Notes: a model not told the origin generated them from the letters alone. A stretch of DNA of 64,000 nt from a virus (IMGVR_UViG_3300037512_000782:32001-96000); one strand, 5' to 3'; positions 9,428 to 19,712 are shown, numbered from the stretch's first letter. Numbers and translations: made by a program.

Positions 9428-10144
9428 CTAGATAACCTTGTATCCAGGCGGAATGTAGATGTTGAAGCGGTCGTAACGGAACTTGACCGAGAACGAACCC
9501 AGCTTGGCATCTTGATAGTCAAGACCGAACTGGGAAGCGTCCACGTGCTTCGGCCATGCGTTGACGAGCAACACAGACAGAGTCACGTTACCGTACATCC
9601 AGTCATACAACTCCAGACGGATAGAGGCGTTACGCATCAATCCGGCGTAGACGTTGTTATGGTTCTCTTGCTGACCGAGGCCAAGATAAATCTTGTTGTT
9701 ACCCTCGTTAGCGGTACGGTCGGACTCGTGGATCGCGTCGTTCGTACCAGTATTCGAGAGGATACCTTGGTTGAAGCAAGTCTGGTTCCATGCCATCATC
9801 ATTTCGTATGCTCGCATGTCTTCAAGCAAGAGGCACTTGATGTCCATTTCGCCAGCGAGGCCGTCTTGCTGGACAGCGAAGTACTTCTGGAAGCCCATGT
9901 AGTTAATGGCAGCATCCTTGATCTTCGCAGCCGGAACCTTCGCTCCGCCCTGCACATGCAGAGCGAATTCGTCGGAACCGCCTTCTGTACCGAAGTGGAC
10001 ACCGTTGGTGCAGTTCACGCCGACGAGACGGAAGATGTCCGTCGGAATGACAAGACGCCAACGAGTGCTACGTTGAGGGTCGACAAGGTGGTCAATCGCA
10101 CTGGCGTAGAACACCTTTTTCTTTTGTTCTTCACTAAGAGCCAT
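9428..10144 (-). CDS. gp19: Tail tube protein (gp19-like)
   Basis: DPQR..RW, LVNAWP, LDY......FSVKFRYD motifs; directly after the sheath gene. Confidence 0.85.
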   Translation of the reverse strand: MALSEEQKKKVFYASAIDHLVDPQRSTRWRLVIPTDIFRLVGVNCTNGVHFGTEGGSDEFALHVQGGAKVPAAKIKDAAINYMGFQKYFAVQQDGLAGEMDIKCLLLEDMRAYEMMMAWNQTCFNQGILSNTGTNDAIHESDRTANEGNNKIYLGLGQQENHNNVYAGLMRNASIRLELYDWMYGNVTLSVLLVNAWPKHVDASQFGLDYQDAKLGSFSVKFRYDRFNIYIPPGYKVI

Positions 10145-10160
10145 AGTTATTTACCTCCCT

Positions 10161-13100
10161 TTAAGCTTGCAGAACGTCGGTTGCAATGTTCTTGCCATTC
10201 TTCTGCGACTCAACGGTGGTACGGAGGATAATCCAACGAGTGGACTTCGGCGGCAAGAGCTTCAGATCGACGATCAAGAAGTTCTGGTCGATGATTTCCG
10301 GAGTATTGTTGGTATCGTCGCAAATAACCTTACCATCGATCAATCCCGGCGGATTCTGGCGCTTAATGTTGTTAAGCTTGTCCTGAAGGTCGGAAGTAAT
10401 CTGGGCACGGAGAATCGTAGTGTTCAGCTTGAATACCTTGTGGTCAAGGTACTTGTAGAACGCCTTGTGAATACCAGCAACAAGCATGGTCACGTGGATC
10501 TGGTTGAAGGCCGTATCTTCCATCTGAAGGGTGAAGTCACCCCAAATGCGGATGCCGTCCTTGTTCACGCGGGTCGCGTTGACATGGATGTCGCTCAACT
10601 TGGCATGGTCACAGTTCTTGTCTTCAGCGTTGTAGGAACGAGTGAAGCGTTCCTTGGTGCCCCAAGCAGCTGGCACGAATGCTTCATCACCAGCTGGCGG
10701 AATCCACCAGACACCGCCTTGACGGTTAGCAGTAATAATCGCAGCCAACTGGACGGACTTCATGCAGTCCACTTGACTTTGAGTGTAGAGGGAATCCTGG
10801 AACACGCCACGGCCATCGTAGAGAGCGCCCCAGCGACCGAGGGAGAGACGACCAGCTTCAGTCATCTTCTTCACAGCCTTCTGGATATCCGGTTCGTAAA
10901 CACCGTCGAACACGCAGAAGCAGTCCTTACGGTTTTCGCAAACATTGATCATGGCTTGCATGACTTGCGGATTGAGCGTTTCGTTCTTGCGAGTGAACGG
11001 TGCGTTGATCGCCACACCAGCAGCAACGAGCATGTCGACGTCGGAAGCGTCCTTGTTCACAAAGAGGTTCCAGACAGTAGACAGAGTGCTTCCGCTGTTG
11101 TTGTTCTGCGGATCGTACGTCCACACGGCGTCGTTGAGGATAGCCGGGTCTTCAGGGTTGTAGGCGATAGCGGTGTAGCTACCGTTGAGAGTACCGTTCT
11201 GCACCGTCTGGGACAGATCATAGGAGTTGTTCTCAAGGAAGTAGTCGAGCACACCAGAATCGTTCAACACGAATTCGAGGCCGCTGTTTTCGAGTTCGTA
11301 CTCGGCGGATTCTTGAATACCGAGCTGGCGGTTGTTGTAGTTGTACGGAACGATAGTACCGTCGAACTCGTAGAGCTTACCGTTGAAGCGATAAGAAATC
11401 GCGAGGTACATACGAGCGACCGCGACACCTTCGTCGGTCAACGTAAACACTTGCATCGGGTTGCCGTCGTAGTTGATATCGAGGTACTGGGACTTCGCAA
11501 GGCCGAGGGCCATGAAGTTAGCACCAATATCGGAGTCGGCGAGAACCGTCGGAGACTTTTCGACGTCGTACTTGAACGTGCTGGAAGCAGACACGATGTA
11601 GTCCTTTGCAGCCAATTTCGCAAACGGATTGGTCTTCTGGTCAGCCTTGCTAACATACATCGAGTAGCTAGACACGACATACATGTCGACCACGTCGAAC
11701 GTATAGGCAGCCGTGTAGGAACCCGCTGTAATCTTATCGAAATACAGCTTGTTGCCATCAACAGCCGTGACAAGAACGTCAGTCGTTACATTGCTAGCAG
11801 TAAGCGAGATGGTTCCACCAACAGAAACCGCTGCAGCCAACTGTGCGTTTTCGATAAAGCTACGAGTTGCGACAGCCGGAGCATCCACAGTTTCATCGGC
11901 AACAGTCACGCTCACATCGGCAACAGCAACCGTAGTTGTCGCGTTGTAGATAGTAGCGTTAGTCGTGCTGAAGTTGATCAACTGGTAAGAAACCTTAGCC
12001 GTGTCAAGTCCAGACGGAGCCGCATTCAGTACAATCGAACCGTTAAGAGGATTCAAGTCAACAATCGTGAACACATCACCGCTGAATGCCTTACCAGCAG
12101 AAACAGTCGTGTCCGTCGTCGTGTTGGAGTTACGAACAATACCAACCAAGTCACCGATTGCGTAATCGTACACAGCGCTCGGATCAAGCGTGATCTGCGT
12201 ACCAGACACCTCAACAATGTCGTTGGTCACAGGAACCTTGCTGTAGCCCTTTGCATAACGAATCGTATCGGAAACTGCGTTTGCAACGTAAGTCCAAGTG
12301 TTCTTGGTCGGATCAGAGCCATTTACAGCCGTGATATCAACCACATACACACCGTCGACATCAGCCATAGACAGATAGTCGATTGCAGTCCAAGAACCCG
12401 ATGCAGCCGTCCAGCCATCCGGTGCAGCACCAGACACATTGTATTCACCAGTCGTAGAAGTTTCAACAACCTTATCGACAGTGAACTTGTAGGTCTTTGC
12501 ATCGTTGCCAGTTCCAAGAGTGATGACGAGTTCGTCGCCAACCGTAACTCCATCAACCTTCAAGCTTTCAAGAGTCAACACTTGGTTAGCCACATTGAAG
12601 GACTTGCCAGGGCTTGACTTGAATGCGTTCACACCACCCAAGAAACGAATATCGTATTCTGCACCATCACGGTCAAGAATAGTAATGATTTCGCCTTCGG
12701 TAACCGTCTTGCTCGGAAGAGAACCAGTCGTCGTATCACCCCACTTGAGCGTGGTGAAATTCTTCATGGTGTTTCCAGCAACGGCAGTCTTGATGTTCAA
12801 GTAGTCGAAACCATCAGCAATAGCATTTTCGGCGTCATTGTAGATAATGACGTTCGGAAGGCTAGTACCATAGCTGCCCTTCACATCCAAAAGAACCGTC
12901 TTGTCGTCGATATTAAGAACCGTAGCCGTTACCGCAGCGTACGAAGTACCCTTCGTGCCGTACTGGTCAAGCTTCTGGCTCGTTGCCGGAAGAAGTACAT
13001 CTTCACCAACAACGAAAATCGGCTTACTGTTGAGCAAGCACTCAATCTGAGTCGGAGAACCAGCCACACGAGAGGCGCTGACAACTTCATAACGGTCGAA

Positions 13101-13769
13101 CGCACGGTTAGCATAGGACGGGTCGCGGTTCATAATCGAGAACAGCACCATATCAGTGCAGTGCTTGTTATCGAACAAACGAGATTCCAAGCTATCCGAG
13201 TAGTTCTCGCTAGCGTCTACGCCGAAAGACACGTTGTTGTTGCTTTCGATAGTTTCGGCAATGTTGTTAATCTTACGAGTAACACCGAATTCAGCAGCGC
13301 CGTCGGTCTTGAAACGAGTCGAAGCAAAGTGCTTCACCTTGAAAGAAGTCTCAACAAGCGGTTCGCCAGTCTTGCGGTCTTTTGCCCAGCAGTTTTCAGC
13401 GCCATTACGATACAGAGACGCATTCTTGTCGAACGCAACCACGAAGGCGTCGGTCTTCAGATCACGCTTGTATGCATCGGTGCGGCTGATTTCTTCGCCA
13501 TACGGACGAACGAACTCGACCACGCCACCAGTGGTCAAGACCGCGTTGGCGGCGTACATGCCCTGGTTGTATTTGTAGCTCTGGTATCCGTAACCCAGCT
13601 TCACACCAAGTTCGCCAGTGTTGGCCACCTGGATGATCTTGTTCAGTTCACCCTTGGATGCATAACCAACGATACCAGCGACAGTGAGAGGATTTTGCAC
13701 CACCGTATAGGCGGAATTATCCCTCAGCTGAATTCGCACACCTGGAGCATAACCCATTTTTGTTGCCAT
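10161..13769 (-). CDS. gp18: Contractile tail sheath protein (gp18-like) with large insertions
   Basis: N-terminal APGVRIQLRD..GIVG...KG; C-terminal WWIPPAG, IWGD.TL, CDDTNNTPEIIDQN. Confidence 0.93.
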   Translation of the reverse strand: MATKMGYAPGVRIQLRDNSAYTVVQNPLTVAGIVGYASKGELNKIIQVANTGELGVKLGYGYQSYKYNQGMYAANAVLTTGGVVEFVRPYGEEISRTDAYKRDLKTDAFVVAFDKNASLYRNGAENCWAKDRKTGEPLVETSFKVKHFASTRFKTDGAAEFGVTRKINNIAETIESNNNVSFGVDASENYSDSLESRLFDNKHCTDMVLFSIMNRDPSYANRAFDRYEVVSASRVAGSPTQIECLLNSKPIFVVGEDVLLPATSQKLDQYGTKGTSYAAVTATVLNIDDKTVLLDVKGSYGTSLPNVIIYNDAENAIADGFDYLNIKTAVAGNTMKNFTTLKWGDTTTGSLPSKTVTEGEIITILDRDGAEYDIRFLGGVNAFKSSPGKSFNVANQVLTLESLKVDGVTVGDELVITLGTGNDAKTYKFTVDKVVETSTTGEYNVSGAAPDGWTAASGSWTAIDYLSMADVDGVYVVDITAVNGSDPTKNTWTYVANAVSDTIRYAKGYSKVPVTNDIVEVSGTQITLDPSAVYDYAIGDLVGIVRNSNTTTDTTVSAGKAFSGDVFTIVDLNPLNGSIVLNAAPSGLDTAKVSYQLINFSTTNATIYNATTTVAVADVSVTVADETVDAPAVATRSFIENAQLAAAVSVGGTISLTASNVTTDVLVTAVDGNKLYFDKITAGSYTAAYTFDVVDMYVVSSYSMYVSKADQKTNPFAKLAAKDYIVSASSTFKYDVEKSPTVLADSDIGANFMALGLAKSQYLDINYDGNPMQVFTLTDEGVAVARMYLAISYRFNGKLYEFDGTIVPYNYNNRQLGIQESAEYELENSGLEFVLNDSGVLDYFLENNSYDLSQTVQNGTLNGSYTAIAYNPEDPAILNDAVWTYDPQNNNSGSTLSTVWNLFVNKDASDVDMLVAAGVAINAPFTRKNETLNPQVMQAMINVCENRKDCFCVFDGVYEPDIQKAVKKMTEAGRLSLGRWGALYDGRGVFQDSLYTQSQVDCMKSVQLAAIITANRQGGVWWIPPAGDEAFVPAAWGTKERFTRSYNAEDKNCDHAKLSDIHVNATRVNKDGIRIWGDFTLQMEDTAFNQIHVTMLVAGIHKAFYKYLDHKVFKLNTTILRAQITSDLQDKLNNIKRQNPPGLIDGKVICDDTNNTPEIIDQNFLIVDLKLLPPKSTRWIILRTTVESQKNGKNIATDVLQA

Positions 13770-13803
13770 AGATTAAACCTCATGGTACGTTCATTTTGTT
13801 TCA

Positions 13804-13852
13804 AGTTTATGCTGTGGTCACGATTTTTTCTGGCGCACGGTATTGATAAACT
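13804..13852. promoter_or_regulatory. Back-to-back late-type motifs ATAAACT (-) and GATAAACT (+)
   Basis: 13804-13810 faces the sheath gene; 13845-13852 lies 25 nt before the ATG at 13878. Confidence 0.6.
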
Positions 13853-13877
13853 GCAAACAGCGGAATTTGAGGCGCAA

Positions 13878-14774
13878 ATGGAACATATTTCTGGAATTTT
13901 CAACATCATGCTCAATGAGCTCAAGGCTAGGAAGCCTGAAGACAAGGCTCTAATAGAGGCGATGCAGAACGAAATCGCCAACAAGGTACAGATTATCTCG
14001 CCGGAGACGAGGAAGTCGCTTCTGCAGTTCCCTATCCAGTTTACCCAGAAAATCCGCATAAACGGTCGCGACTGGACTACCCAGCTGCACAAGTGGGCCG
14101 ATTACCAGCTTCACGACTTGCTCATGCTCGACCCTATCTACCTCACGACGACCGATTCCAACAACGACTGCGTCCTCAAGCACCTCGTTATGGCCGCCCT
14201 CGGACTCACGATGACAAGGGTCGTCAACTATGAACTTATCGAAGAACTGTTCCAGAAGGACATGAACTACGCCGCAATGACCGTCGCCGGGGATCCGGAA
14301 TCTACCGAAGCTGGAAACGCTTGGTACGAACCAGACCTCGAAGGCAAGAGCGTAATGGAATTTATGTACGATTTCGCCGTCGGCGAAGGCCAGTTCCAAG
14401 GCAAGCCGCGTGACGAAAAGCTGCTCGGTATGTTCGACACCTACGCCGAACGTGCGCTTACCATGCCGGACGAAGACCTCGAAGCCGATTTTGACGAGAA
14501 CGCAGACCCAGCCGAAGACCAGAAGGCCGTCATGCAAGCAGAGGCCGAGCGCGAAAACTCAAACGCTACCGATCCCAACGACATTCCGCTCGCCACCGAC
14601 GGCACTCAGAACGAAGAAGGCAAGCAGACCGAGACCATGGATTCGGTCAACGGCGAGGCTACGGTAGATGAAAATGGACAAATAGCTCCGCCCAATCAAG
14701 GCGAAGCTAATCAACAAGACAATTTGTCAAAGGTTCTAGGAGTTCTGCTGAAACTCTCCAACAGTCTCGGCTAG
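13878..14774 (+). CDS. Hypothetical protein, possibly ankyrin-repeat-like, with acidic tail
   Basis: Start reassigned to MEHISG. Segments DWTTQLHKWA, DSNNDCVLKHL and DLEGKSVMEF echo ankyrin D..G.T.LH. Confidence 0.55.
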   Translation: MEHISGIFNIMLNELKARKPEDKALIEAMQNEIANKVQIISPETRKSLLQFPIQFTQKIRINGRDWTTQLHKWADYQLHDLLMLDPIYLTTTDSNNDCVLKHLVMAALGLTMTRVVNYELIEELFQKDMNYAAMTVAGDPESTEAGNAWYEPDLEGKSVMEFMYDFAVGEGQFQGKPRDEKLLGMFDTYAERALTMPDEDLEADFDENADPAEDQKAVMQAEAERENSNATDPNDIPLATDGTQNEEGKQTETMDSVNGEATVDENGQIAPPNQGEANQQDNLSKVLGVLLKLSNSLG

Positions 14775-14951
14775 CCGTTCCTTTACCTTTTCAACTTCCT
14801 TTCCCAAGTTAAGCTCTGGTTCGACATACTTGTCGACGCCGTCCCTCAGCATACTCACGTTGATTCCAGCGTTGATGAAGCTGACGGCGGTATCCTCGTC
14901 ACAGCCAAAGCTCTTCATGACGAGGTCGATATCACTTCTTTCGACGGACAT
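14736..14951 (-). CDS. Hypothetical protein
   Basis: 71 aa, overlaps the end of the upstream gene in the clamp-loader operon. Confidence 0.55.
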   Translation of the reverse strand: MSVERSDIDLVMKSFGCDEDTAVSFINAGINVSMLRDGVDKYVEPELNLGKEVEKVKERLAETVGEFQQNS

Positions 14952-15363
14952 TCTTCTTTCCTTCCGGCAGCTTGCCGTTTACCTTGTATTCATACGCTTC
15001 GTTAATCAGCTCTGGGTCGATTTCCTTGTTGCGGATCATCGAGTCCGCTGACGAGGCGGACGTTTCGTAGACGGCCATGACTTGTTCACGGAGCTTGTTC
15101 GTGGCGGCAATCTCGGTAGGGAATGCGCGAAGATACCCGGTGTTGAGCTTGCAGCCGTTGAACGCCTCCATCACCTTTGCGCGAACCTTTGTTGTAAGTC
15201 GGCTGAACTCGACCGTGTTCAGCGCAAGCAGCGACTTGTAGATGGACGGAGTCATGGACAAGGAGTAAATCGCCGCATAGGTGTCATGCGAGGCGATATC
15301 CTCCATCGTCATCTTTCGACCAGCTATGCGGTCTTGAATGAATTTTTCGTGATCAAACGGCAT
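14932..15363 (-). CDS. Probable clamp-loader small subunit (gp62-like)
   Basis: Overlaps the gp44 stop as in T4; plausible size; sequence similarity weak. Confidence 0.5.
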   Translation of the reverse strand: MPFDHEKFIQDRIAGRKMTMEDIASHDTYAAIYSLSMTPSIYKSLLALNTVEFSRLTTKVRAKVMEAFNGCKLNTGYLRAFPTEIAATNKLREQVMAVYETSASSADSMIRNKEIDPELINEAYEYKVNGKLPEGKKNVRRKK

Positions 15364-16396
15364 ACTTCCAATCCGGTGCGTACTTCTTGAGAATCTGCAT
15401 TACGTTGAGCAAGAAGCCCCACAAGGCATACTCTTGGTCAACTTGGTGGTTAGACTGGTACATCGCATTGGAAAGAGCGACGCCGAACGGAATGAGCACT
15501 TCGTCTGGAAGGCGGTCGATTGCGTAATCGCCGAATGAACGGTACACGCCTTGGCAGAACGTGATGTTCTTCGATATAAAGTAGCGGAGTTCGCGCACCT
15601 TGAAGTTGACCGTCATGTCGAAAAGAGTTTCCGTATTGGACGGAGCCATGCTAGGCATCGTACCGATAATGCTGCCGCCATTTTCGAGGAACGAACGGTG
15701 CATAGTGGCGATCATCAAGCGGATGTCTGGGTAGCACTCGTTGATGATGTTGGCGACGAGGAACTTGTCCACCGTGCCGCCCTTGGCATCGCACTCGCCC
15801 TTGGCAATCTTCATCAAGCGCTTGTGGAGACGAGTCTTGTATTCCTTGAGTTCAGCCTCGGCGTCTTCCTCGTGTTCAAACTTTGCGCCGAAGTCGATAG
15901 CCATACAGCGAGACTGGATTGCTGGCGGAATGCGCCAGAGTTCGTTACACGTCAAGATGAATCGTAACGTGCTGGAAGTATCCTCGATTTCGGACTGAAG
16001 AACGCGGTAGAAGTCGGCTGGCTTGTTCGGCTTGTCGGCTTCGTCGATGATAACGAACTTCGGCTGTCCATCCGGAGAGCTGTACTTAGAAAATTCCTCA
16101 ATCTGGTCAATGATTTCGGAGTCACGCTTACCGAATAGGAACATCGACTGTGCGCCGATGATCTTCGGAATGGCCTTTGCTATAGAAGTCTTGCCAGTGC
16201 CCGGTGCGCCAGAGTGAAGGATGTAGTTGCCGAACGAATTCATTTCGATAGCGTTCTTGAACAAGTTCTCCACGTTGCGGTGGAGGATGATGCTATCCAA
16301 GTCAGTACCACGGTACTTCTCTTCCCAAGGAAGGTTGCTGTTGATGGCCGACTGCATATCGGCGGTAGCATTCTGCTGGTCAATTACGTTGAACAT
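15353..16396 (-). CDS. gp44: Clamp loader AAA+ subunit (gp44/RFC-like)
   Basis: PWEEKYR, GAPGTGKTS, IIDEAD, FILTCN, IQSRC. Confidence 0.93.
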   Translation of the reverse strand: MFNVIDQQNATADMQSAINSNLPWEEKYRGTDLDSIILHRNVENLFKNAIEMNSFGNYILHSGAPGTGKTSIAKAIPKIIGAQSMFLFGKRDSEIIDQIEEFSKYSSPDGQPKFVIIDEADKPNKPADFYRVLQSEIEDTSSTLRFILTCNELWRIPPAIQSRCMAIDFGAKFEHEEDAEAELKEYKTRLHKRLMKIAKGECDAKGGTVDKFLVANIINECYPDIRLMIATMHRSFLENGGSIIGTMPSMAPSNTETLFDMTVNFKVRELRYFISKNITFCQGVYRSFGDYAIDRLPDEVLIPFGVALSNAMYQSNHQVDQEYALWGFLLNVMQILKKYAPDWKYAV

Positions 16397-16412
16397 TGAT
16401 AAACTCTCATGT

Positions 16413-16730
16413 ATGAATGTTGAATTTGTTAAATACCTTTCTTCGAAGAACTCCGAGCCAGCACGAGCCGCTTTGGCGCTCTATGAGCAAGTGTGCAGCG
16501 ATGTGAACGCTCCGCTTGTGTCGCCGGGCCAAGCTTGTTGTACTCAGTCACTCGACGAAAACGAGTATTTCGACGAACCGACAATGAGCGACGAAGCGCT
16601 TGAAAAAGTCCATCAGGCGAAGACTGGGTGTCGACGAGTTCTCGCACCATCAGCTGGACGGACGTCACTCGGCATAATGGGAAACGGATTCCCCGAAAAT
16701 GTATGCGCTTCGAGCGGTTCTTCAACTTAA
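16413..16730 (+). CDS. Hypothetical protein (lone + strand gene)
   Basis: MNVEFVKYL...; fills the gap between gp44 and gp43; GATAAACT at 16398-16405. Confidence 0.5.
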   Translation: MNVEFVKYLSSKNSEPARAALALYEQVCSDVNAPLVSPGQACCTQSLDENEYFDEPTMSDEALEKVHQAKTGCRRVLAPSAGRTSLGIMGNGFPENVCASSGSST

Positions 16731-16754
16731 TCTTTCCTACTTTCATAATCTCTC

Positions 16755-19712
16755 CTAGAACATCGACAGCATGAAATCGCTCTCGTCGTATTCGAGGCGT
16801 TCATCCCAGCCGACGGCTTTGAATAGACGGCCAAGCACTTGAGCCACGCAAACCTTCCAGTGTTCTTCCCAGTCTGGGTGGAAGATTTCGAGCAGACGAG
16901 GCGGACATTTATCGCCAGTATAGCAGATGATGCTAACGCCAAACAGACGGTCGGCCTTCTTAATGAATCTGATCTTCGATCCAGCGTACACTGGTTCGTA
17001 AGGGAACTTCGAGAGTTCCGGGTCATTCTGGATAAGGTAATTCCACACAGCACCAGCCTTGACGCGCCAGTCAATCTTCTTCTTTTCTTCTGCTGGCATG
17101 CTGTCAAGAACTTCGAGCGGAGGCGGATCATTCTTGACGCCGCACGGACATGCGATGTAGCTGAAATTCTCCTTCTGCACGGAATCGAAGAATTCCTTCT
17201 TGATTTCGAGCAAGCGGTTACGCACCGTCGCCTTGTCCATGGTATCCATCATCAAGTCCACCATGTCCATCATACGATCCTTACCGAACAAAGCTGTAGA
17301 GCTTCGTACAAGTTCAAGACCAGTGATGGCGTATTCTGGCTTGACCGCAAGAGTACCCTTGACCCACTGCTTGTTATCGTCCTTGTGACCCAAGTCGAGG
17401 TAGACGATGTCTTCCATGCTTTCCACCAAGCAGATGTACTTCTTCTTGGCGGTCACGATAGCCTTGTGGATGCACTTCTCTCGCTTTAAGAACAACTCGT
17501 TCGTCAAGTAGCCCCACTGGTTAGCGTAACTGAGCATGTACTCGTCAAGTTTCTCTTCCAAGATGCAAGCATCAAGGATTCGGCAGAAGTCGGTAAGTCT
17601 GTAGCGGTTGTAGATGATGCGGTAATCGCCCGTCATGAAGATACCGTCGGCGAAGGTAATCTGCGCCTTCGTCCATCCAGTCTTTTCATCTGGTGTACGC
17701 ATTTCCGCGCCAGTCCAATTTTCCTTACCGTACTTCGTGCAGAGGCGGTTGAACGCCTTCTTGGAGTCGAGTTCGTGGTCGTTGTCGAACGAATAGCGTT
17801 CCACGATTTCGTGCTTGTCGAATACGATGACCTCGGTGCCAGTTCCTTGCTTCAGTCGGAACTGTTCATAGATGTCGCCGAACTTCACGAAGAAGGAGTC
17901 AGTATCGCCGTGGCTCATGCGCTTGTAATTCACTTCGCCTTCGGCATCGGTGAACGTACCGACAAGTTCTGGGTCGATATCCGGCTCGTATCCGAAGACC
18001 TTCTTGAATACTGGGTCGCTATGGATATCGTTGTTGATGTATTCAGAAAGACGTGCAATCGTGTACTTGATGAGGCGCTGGCCGTAAGCGGTAATGGAGG
18101 CGGCATTGTCCACGTCGTACAGAGCAAATAGTTCAGAACCCATCAAGCCATACAGAGAGTTTCCAAGCACCTTGTACACTTTCTGCATCATATCATAGAC
18201 GCCAGCCATTTCCTTGTCGCCGTTCTTCTTGGCCTTCTTCATCTGCTTCTTCAAGTTGGAACGACCGTCGAACAGAAGCCTTGTAACTTCTGGCACGACG
18301 CCGACCTTGTCCTTGCGGAAGTAGACTTGGTAGCGACCGTTATGATCCCACGGAGACTTAATAAGATTCTTCTTTTCTTCTTCTGTAAGCACATAGTCGA
18401 TCGGGAACGTGACCTTCATCTCCGGTGACGTGTTGAACGTCATCATGATAGAAGGATACAGCGATCGATAGTCATAAGATACTAGGTATTCCTTGTAGCC
18501 CGGAACAGAGTACACGAAAGCGCCAGGGAACACTTCCTTGTGCTGCTGGCGATACGGCGGGAATGTACGGTTCGTGTGGTGAAGATGATCCAGCATGAAG
18601 CCAGTAAGCATCTTCTTGGACGAGAACACAGACGAGAACGGAACACGAGCAGCGGCTGCAGAAGTAACCGCGAGGCGGAACATCTGAGCCTTAATTTCAA
18701 TCTTTACAAGGAGCTTGACGTCTTGGAAGTTATACAAGACATAGTCTTCCCAGTACTTCTGCCAAGACAGATAGCCGTCTGGAAGCGGAGCCTTGCTCTC
18801 ACCAACAATCTTTTTACCAATATAATCGAGTTTGTATGAAGCCTCTTCAGAGAAGGTGTACTTCTTGTAGAGTTCAAGGAAGTCAATAACTTCAGTACCG
18901 TTAATTACCAACTCGTTCTTGGCATTCAAGTATGCGCGTTTGTTCTTACCGCGCATTCTGGATAGTAAGTCGAGCGAAATACGGTCTTTCGGCGGAAGCT
19001 TTTCGTTAACTTGCTTCAGTCGATTGCAAATGTAAACAGTATCGAATCCGAAGTTCCAGCCAGACAAAATGTCGAGGTCGCTGGCACCAATCTGGAATAG
19101 TAACTTTGTAAGGAGGTCGGCTTCATCCGTACAGAGGATGTACTCGCCATTGTTTTCCTTTAGGAACTGCTTGCCCTTTTCGGAAATGTCCTTGGCGACG
19201 CCGTAGGTATAATACTTGTCTTCTTTGGATACGTAGAACGTAACGACATTGATAGGATACTTCGCTTCGGTCGGTAGAGAGAATCGGCCAGTCGTGGCGT
19301 TTTCAATATCGAGGAAGCCGAGGTTGATATCCTTCATGTCTGGGTGAATGACACCCGTATCGGCATAATGCTTTTGTAAAAATCGGCCACGTGGGTCAAT
19401 GTCGATTTCCGCAAGGTGATTAGTCGGCCCAGCATGGTTCTGCTTGATGGCCTTCTCAACTTCGAATGCGGACACTCCGTTGGCTGGGGGAACTTCTACC
19501 TTGTATACATCCCTATCCCAGATGTCCTTCATGCCGCACGGCTTTGCGCCGTATTCACCTTGCTTGTCGGTATAGAACTCATGCACCGATGGAACGGCAT
19601 CCATCGTGCCGTCCGTGTACCAAACGTACATGCGGTCGTTCTCCGTATCATGGAAGATCGAGCGCCACATAGGACGTTTTGGTTTTGCTTCTTCTGGTGT
19701 AATCTGAGCCAT
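16755..19712 (-). CDS. gp43: Family B DNA polymerase (gp43-like)
   Basis: Exonuclease motifs DIE, GWN..FD, YNFQD; polymerase motifs DYRSLYPS, KVLGNSLYG, GDTDS, KKKY. Confidence 0.96.
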   Translation of the reverse strand: MAQITPEEAKPKRPMWRSIFHDTENDRMYVWYTDGTMDAVPSVHEFYTDKQGEYGAKPCGMKDIWDRDVYKVEVPPANGVSAFEVEKAIKQNHAGPTNHLAEIDIDPRGRFLQKHYADTGVIHPDMKDINLGFLDIENATTGRFSLPTEAKYPINVVTFYVSKEDKYYTYGVAKDISEKGKQFLKENNGEYILCTDEADLLTKLLFQIGASDLDILSGWNFGFDTVYICNRLKQVNEKLPPKDRISLDLLSRMRGKNKRAYLNAKNELVINGTEVIDFLELYKKYTFSEEASYKLDYIGKKIVGESKAPLPDGYLSWQKYWEDYVLYNFQDVKLLVKIEIKAQMFRLAVTSAAAARVPFSSVFSSKKMLTGFMLDHLHHTNRTFPPYRQQHKEVFPGAFVYSVPGYKEYLVSYDYRSLYPSIMMTFNTSPEMKVTFPIDYVLTEEEKKNLIKSPWDHNGRYQVYFRKDKVGVVPEVTRLLFDGRSNLKKQMKKAKKNGDKEMAGVYDMMQKVYKVLGNSLYGLMGSELFALYDVDNAASITAYGQRLIKYTIARLSEYINNDIHSDPVFKKVFGYEPDIDPELVGTFTDAEGEVNYKRMSHGDTDSFFVKFGDIYEQFRLKQGTGTEVIVFDKHEIVERYSFDNDHELDSKKAFNRLCTKYGKENWTGAEMRTPDEKTGWTKAQITFADGIFMTGDYRIIYNRYRLTDFCRILDACILEEKLDEYMLSYANQWGYLTNELFLKREKCIHKAIVTAKKKYICLVESMEDIVYLDLGHKDDNKQWVKGTLAVKPEYAITGLELVRSSTALFGKDRMMDMVDLMMDTMDKATVRNRLLEIKKEFFDSVQKENFSYIACPCGVKNDPPPLEVLDSMPAEEKKKIDWRVKAGAVWNYLIQNDPELSKFPYEPVYAGSKIRFIKKADRLFGVSIICYTGDKCPPRLLEIFHPDWEEHWKVCVAQVLGRLFKAVGWDERLEYDESDFMLSMF

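Noticed and set aside
10167-12617. Long antisense ORFs (e.g. 10167..12617, 1607..3106, 55056..56381, 61062..62084)
   Set aside because: Shadows of well-supported genes on the opposite strand caused by codon bias; no motifs or RBS.
13161-13877. 5' extensions of track ORFs (13161, 16227, 20470, 42393, 42677, 5408, 24522)
   Set aside because: They overlap divergent genes, terminators or promoter motifs; downstream ATGs fit the motif spacing better.
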